From: a virus
Lineage: Duplodnaviria; Caudoviricetes
IMG/VR virus record: IMGVR_UViG_3300037067_026422
Reading direction: 5' to 3' (one strand)
DNA: 64,000 nt
Shown here: in pieces, positions 60,307-64,000 of the stretch
Numbering within the stretch: the first letter of the stretch is position 1
How the letters are laid out: every line of letters begins with the position of its first letter
Program-made: the position numbers and the translations under genes
The notes under the pieces: generated by a model
What the model was told of the DNA's origin: nothing
Seen by the model: the letters and a program-made list of their open reading frames with translations, nothing else
Database searches by the model: none

Positions 60307-60419
60307 CTTTTGTTTATACTCTAAATGCTCTCCCAATCTGAGCTACAATCCCCATATATTTTATAGGGGGGAAAGGAGGGAATCGAACCCCCGACCTTTA
60401 GTTATTAGCATAACAAAAG
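60307..60419 (-). ncRNA. Circularly permuted tRNA-mimic RNA A (YrlA-like architecture)
   Basis: Minus strand reads CTAAA-GGTC-GGGGG TTCGATT CCCTC-CTTTCCC-[16-nt linker]-GGGATTG-TA-GCTC AGATTGGGA GAGC-A-TTTAG; the flanks pair (CTTTTGTT-ATGCT/AGTAT-AACAAAAG). Confidence 0.78.
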
Positions 60420-60443
60420 CTTTTTAAAGTAATAACTCAGGAC

Positions 60444-61214
60444 TTACTTTACTGTAAACCCTTCGTTAATATAATTGAAAAATGTTTGTCCAACTTTAAC
60501 TGCTTCAACTTCCTGTGCATTTGCTCTCGCTCGAGCAATCTTTACTCCTGCAATCAAACGATCGATACGATTAAGAATCTGACTCTTCTGCTTTGGTGAT
60601 AATGCTCCGCATGCAAAAGTTGAGGTCCAGGTACCGACTGGCTCATCACTCTGAACAATTTCTGTCTGAGCCTGAAATTTATCTGTAGCCTCAGCCTTTG
60701 TAATTACAATGGGGGTTTTCTTTGTCCGCACACGTTCAATTGGAGCTGACTTCCAAATCCCTACCTTTGTGGGATCAAGAGTCCAGACTTTTGCCGGATC
60801 AAGTGTCGGAATTTCCCCATAAACCTTTCGGATGCGCTCCAACACGGATTCCATCTGCACCAGGAATGTTACGGGGGCATTCTCAAGAATGGTCTGTGTG
60901 GTACCATCCGGAAGCTCCACTATAATGTCAGCTCTGGCATTTTGATTCGCCCGTTCCTTCTGGATCTCAATATCCATAAACCGAACAATATGCTCCTGTG
61001 CATAATCAAGCTTATCCTGAACAGTCGTGACCATCGGGGTAAATTCTTCATCGGGGCGGTCCTTATCCTCTTCACGAAAAGGACTATAGCTTTTTCTAGA
61101 TTCCAGAAAATGAGCTGAACGTTGATTAAATGTTTTTGAAGTCTCTTCAAGAATCTTAGCAAAAACATCCTTGGCTTCTTTTTCCACGGCTAAAAGCTCA
61201 TGAAGTAATCCCAT
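60444..61214 (-). CDS. Uncharacterised 256-aa protein directly upstream of the tRNA-mimic RNAs
   Basis: GGGGG RBS-like stretch; helical N- and C-terminal regions with a central RTKK beta-hairpin-like segment; no Ro60/TROVE or vWA features. Confidence 0.8.
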   Translation of the reverse strand: MGLLHELLAVEKEAKDVFAKILEETSKTFNQRSAHFLESRKSYSPFREEDKDRPDEEFTPMVTTVQDKLDYAQEHIVRFMDIEIQKERANQNARADIIVELPDGTTQTILENAPVTFLVQMESVLERIRKVYGEIPTLDPAKVWTLDPTKVGIWKSAPIERVRTKKTPIVITKAEATDKFQAQTEIVQSDEPVGTWTSTFACGALSPKQKSQILNRIDRLIAGVKIARARANAQEVEAVKVGQTFFNYINEGFTVK

Positions 61215-61223
61215 AAAACCCCC

Positions 61224-61355
61224 CTATATATAAGATGATATCCAATAGATATCTATTAATATATATAGGGCAACAAAGTATAGGCAAATATAAAATATTT
61301 TATTTTTATCACTTCCACTTCTATCATGCCCTACTTTAAGGATGACTTGATTTAT
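61224..61355 (-). pseudogene. Degenerate MNQAI-family copy (ATA in place of ATG)
   Basis: INQVILKVGHDRSGS aligns to the family leader, with the same stop-T-start spacing. Confidence 0.5.
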
Positions 61356-61356
61356 A

Positions 61357-61461
61357 CTATAAATTCCTGCTACCCCTACAGCTCCTGCTACTGCTATGCC
61401 TCCTGCTCCTGCTACAGCTACTGCTACTATCATAACCTATTCTAATAATGGCTTGATTCAT
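61357..61461 (-). CDS. Ser/Arg-rich micro-protein, MNQAI family (34 aa)
   Basis: MNQAIIRIGYDSSSSCSRSRRHSSSRSCRGSRNL; leader identical to copy 1. Confidence 0.65.
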   Translation of the reverse strand: MNQAIIRIGYDSSSSCSRSRRHSSSRSCRGSRNL

Positions 61462-61462
61462 A

Positions 61463-61657
61463 TTATTTACTACAGCTCCCACTCTCACTCCTACTTTTGC
61501 TACAGCCCCAGCTCCTGCTCCAGCTACTGCTTCGGCTACCGATCCTGCTACCACTACTACTAACCCTACGGCTACAACCTCTACTCCAACTCCTGCTATA
61601 GCTACCACTCCCGCCACAGCTACTATTATAACTTACTCTAAGTATGGCTTGATTCAT
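61463..61657 (-). CDS. Ser/Arg-rich micro-protein, MNQAI family (64 aa)
   Basis: MNQAILRVSY leader followed by an S/R/G/C/W core. Confidence 0.65.
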   Translation of the reverse strand: MNQAILRVSYNSSCGGSGSYSRSWSRGCSRRVSSSGSRIGSRSSSWSRSWGCSKSRSESGSCSK

Positions 61658-61685
61658 ATAGAAATTATGTCTCTTTTTAAATTAT

Positions 61686-61943
61686 CTATACATTTGGCAA
61701 AAATTCAACTATCTCTGTATCCGTATCAATCACACAAGTACAATCTTTTATGGCAGGATCACTTATTAGTCCTATTGTAATAATATCATGTCTCAGTCTC
61801 TCTAATTTAGAACTTATGTCCTCTACAGGAATAACAATTCTATTCATGTCTACATCTTCACAAATAGATCCATTTAAAGCCTTAAGCACCTCATTATAAT
61901 CACGAATGAGTTTTTTTCTCAAAACATTGAAATCTACTTCCAT
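61686..61943 (-). CDS. Hypothetical protein
   Basis: TAATG coupling to the upstream gene. Confidence 0.55.
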   Translation of the reverse strand: MEVDFNVLRKKLIRDYNEVLKALNGSICEDVDMNRIVIPVEDISSKLERLRHDIITIGLISDPAIKDCTCVIDTDTEIVEFLPNV

Positions 61944-62269
61944 TATTTATCCGTTTTTCCAGGCAACTTTTTATTCATATTAACTATCTCTACTGATATT
62001 GACTTTACTTTCTTACCTCGTATCATTACAGGTATTTTCTTTTTAAGTTCACTCATTTCTATAAGAACAGTCTGACGACCAATATATATAGCTTTCTCGG
62101 TATCAAACTCAATAATAACACGCAAAAGCTTTCTAACCTCTGGCTTTCGTTTCTTTTGAGATTCCATTACATAATCATGCAATTCATGAAATTCCGAGGC
62201 AGAAAAATATGGTGTACCCGGAGCTATCAATCTTTTTACTAATTCTTTAAATCGATTATCCATGATCAA
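61943..62269 (-). CDS. Hypothetical protein
   Basis: ORF in the co-directional array. Confidence 0.5.
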   Translation of the reverse strand: MIMDNRFKELVKRLIAPGTPYFSASEFHELHDYVMESQKKRKPEVRKLLRVIIEFDTEKAIYIGRQTVLIEMSELKKKIPVMIRGKKVKSISVEIVNMNKKLPGKTDK

Positions 62270-62281
62270 TCCTTAATAAGA

Positions 62282-62372
62282 GGGGAGCCGATAGGACGCT
62301 CCAACTCTGTGCTCTATCAAAAATAGAACGCATGGGCACTGCTTCCGCTACATGCACGCCTACCAGCTTCCC
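62282..62372 (-). ncRNA. Candidate structured ncRNA of unknown family
   Basis: 14-position closing stem GGGAAGCTGGTAGG/CCTATCGGCTCCCC enclosing two hairpins; GC-rich within an AT-rich intergenic region. Confidence 0.45.
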
Positions 62373-62438
62373 ATTATCTAAAAAATTTTGCTGTTTTAGA
62401 AGTATAAAAAAGTTTTCTATCAAACTCTTTACTTAAAA

Positions 62439-62855
62439 TTATAGGGTAATACCAATAAAGAAAGATCCAAAAAATTTAATATTAACCTTTATTTTCTTAA
62501 CAATCGTGGTTTTTTCTTTATTTATCCCCCCGACATAATAGCAATAGCAGGATGATCGACTACCACACCTTATACCACAAAGATACGCTTTGTACATAGC
62601 CTTTACCCAAGATCTCATTGTAGCATTGTCAATAGCACTCGCCACTATGTTCCTCGTCCCAGGATGTGTATGATACCACCCAATAACCTTTGGATTAATA
62701 GCTTGGGAATAATCCATCTCTACAGAAGTTGCTGCCCCCATGGTATGATACTTCTGATATCCAATAAAAGCTAATCTCTTATCGTATAGATATATTCGGA
62801 TACCATATAGGAACCAACACTCTTCTTTAAATTTCATATCCACTAAATTTTGCAT
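62439..62855 (-). CDS. JAB/MPN+ metallopeptidase domain protein
   Basis: E...GWYHTHP......S..D (JAMM motif). Confidence 0.75.
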   Translation of the reverse strand: MQNLVDMKFKEECWFLYGIRIYLYDKRLAFIGYQKYHTMGAATSVEMDYSQAINPKVIGWYHTHPGTRNIVASAIDNATMRSWVKAMYKAYLCGIRCGSRSSCYCYYVGGINKEKTTIVKKIKVNIKFFGSFFIGITL

Positions 62856-63010
62856 CCGTCAGATGTGCGTGGCACCTCTGGTTTCTTATAAAGGTTATGG
62901 CTACACTTGTTGCGCACACGAACTGCCCTCGACCCAACCGCCAGTGATAATACTAATGGGGCTAATCTGCCCATAGGAACATTAAATATCAACCAAAATA
63001 AAAAATTTTC

Positions 63011-63211
63011 TTAACATTGAGGATTTCTCCTATAATATTCCTTGTTTAAATTATGACAAGCTAAAGCTACATCTTCGAACTTTCCTTTATATCTTATAGT
63101 TTTAGTTTCAGTATCAAATACATTCCACTGCTGCTTTTGAATCCTCTGTTTTTGAAAACGACGGTCTTTAAATTCGGGCATTTCTACATGTTCAGTTATT
63201 ATCTCAATCAT
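63011..63211 (-). CDS. Hypothetical protein
   Basis: ORF in the co-directional array. Confidence 0.5.
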   Translation of the reverse strand: MIEIITEHVEMPEFKDRRFQKQRIQKQQWNVFDTETKTIRYKGKFEDVALACHNLNKEYYRRNPQC

Positions 63212-63286
63212 GTTTCTACCTATTTGAGAGCCGCAGAGTTCACACCAAAATCAACTATGCTTTAAATAATCAACCTATAGCTCATG

Positions 63287-63535
63287 CTATTCATCCAGCT
63301 TTAAATATCTCTTATCTACACCTTTTAGTATGAGAAAATCAAAAAGTTCTTTGACAGTCTTGATTGATTCAAACTCTTCATCTTCAAGCTCGACAGCATA
63401 AGCACCTTCAATCTCTATGACAGCACCCAAGAAATCCAAGGAATCAAATACAAGATCCTCTATTTTTGAATCCTCTTTAATCTGACTTCTGTTTACTGCT
63501 AAATAAAAATCGATCACATCAAGAATATCTTTCAT
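63287..63535 (-). CDS. Acyl carrier protein-like
   Basis: Acidic 82-aa protein with DSLD phosphopantetheine site and IKTVKEL. Confidence 0.75.
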   Translation of the reverse strand: MKDILDVIDFYLAVNRSQIKEDSKIEDLVFDSLDFLGAVIEIEGAYAVELEDEEFESIKTVKELFDFLILKGVDKRYLKLDE

Positions 63536-63639
63536 ACTTTTATTTATCCTTTATTATTTTTTATATCTTAAAAAAGCTATCTACGCTTCCGTGGCCTTTC
63601 CCGCCCCACAGGATCGTAAGTAACCTTTGTTACCTGGAT

Positions 63640-63999
63640 TCAATGAACATTAAATCGATGTACGACCCCTTTTCGTCGAGCCTCACGCACCACCGTAATA
63701 AGACTCTTGAGATCAAATCTGTGGTCATTACCTGCTAAGCAAATCCCCGCTGCTATCACATTATGCTGATTATCCTTAGAGATATGACTGGTGAACTCTT
63801 CCCCATCTACCCTATAGGTCACACTGTAATGATCACTACGTTCAGTAAAACGAACAAAGCTTCCACCCGCATGCTCAACATCACTTTTAATAATAAGCTC
63901 CTTACGATCTTCCAGAAAACGCTTATCAAAAGATGTCCGAAGAGTATAAGATAGCTTTTCCTCAAAAGTGAGATTTGGATATTTGATTTTTTGAGAATC
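63640..63999 (-). CDS. Hypothetical protein with an AGICL motif, C-terminal part, truncated by window edge
   Basis: Frame is open to the edge: ...VEHAGGSFVRFTERSDHYSVTYRVDGEEFTS...AAGICLAGNDHRFDLKSL. Confidence 0.65.
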   Translation of the reverse strand, partial: DSQKIKYPNLTFEEKLSYTLRTSFDKRFLEDRKELIIKSDVEHAGGSFVRFTERSDHYSVTYRVDGEEFTSHISKDNQHNVIAAGICLAGNDHRFDLKSLITVVREARRKGVVHRFNVH

Positions 64000-64000
64000 T

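Noticed and set aside
60165-60352. A single conventional tRNA with an intron, made from the 5' half of element A and the 3' half of element B
   Set aside because: The anticodon stem strands (TTTAG versus CTCC) do not pair and there are no group I or BHB intron features. Within-element permuted pairing explains all the stems.
60066-60419. Two-piece (permuted) tmRNA
   Set aside because: The elements have full D-stems, no G3-U70 Ala identity pair, no CCA at the acceptor end and no tag ORF.
62282-62372. SRP RNA, suggested by GGAAGCAG
   Set aside because: The opposing CAGG strand and the helix-8 symmetric loop are absent.
62856-62955. SAM-I riboswitch (TTATC, GAGGG, GCAAC and GGTGCCA fragments)
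   Set aside because: The AGAG and GGCCC elements and the expected P2/P3 pairings are missing.
1-64000. Stop-codon reassignment, as seen in some large phages
   Set aside because: Recognisable genes are full length under the standard code, and TAA, TAG and TGA all act as stops.

Overview
This is an AT-rich, densely coded 64-kb segment that reads as part of a large (jumbo-type) bacteriophage genome, most likely of a diderm host. It has no cellular housekeeping operons, many short hypothetical genes and the standard genetic code, and its two gene arms converge near 11.8 kb. The left arm (+ strand, 1-11.8 kb) carries an ADP-ribose/NAD group (macrodomain, Nudix, nicotinamidase-like), a dispersed TerY-P-like vWA/PP2C/kinase triad and an HNH endonuclease. 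The right arm (- strand) has three parts. (i) 11.8-25.5 kb: a fibre module with collagen-like G-x-T proteins and RCC1 and malectin tip proteins. (ii) 25.9-42.7 kb: a glycosylation island with an intein-split GDP-fucose synthase, an NDP-sugar epimerase, GT2 and GT6 glycosyltransferases and FkbM-type methyltransferases. (iii) 42.7-64 kb: dTMP kinase, lytic transglycosylase, Thg1, UDG, AAA ATPase, Rnl1 RNA ligase, radical SAM, RpoD-like sigma, ThiF/E1, JAB and ACP. The best candidate for an undescribed system is at 59985-61657 (- strand). There, a tandem array of leader-conserved Ser/Arg-rich micro-ORFs is followed by an uncharacterised 256-aa protein. Next come two circularly permuted tRNA-mimic RNAs (T-arm, then loop-closed acceptor stem, then D-arm, as in YrlA-type Y RNAs, but with no Ro60 gene in the window and no Ro-binding motif), and then a terminator. 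All calls come from motif reading by eye; no searches were run.
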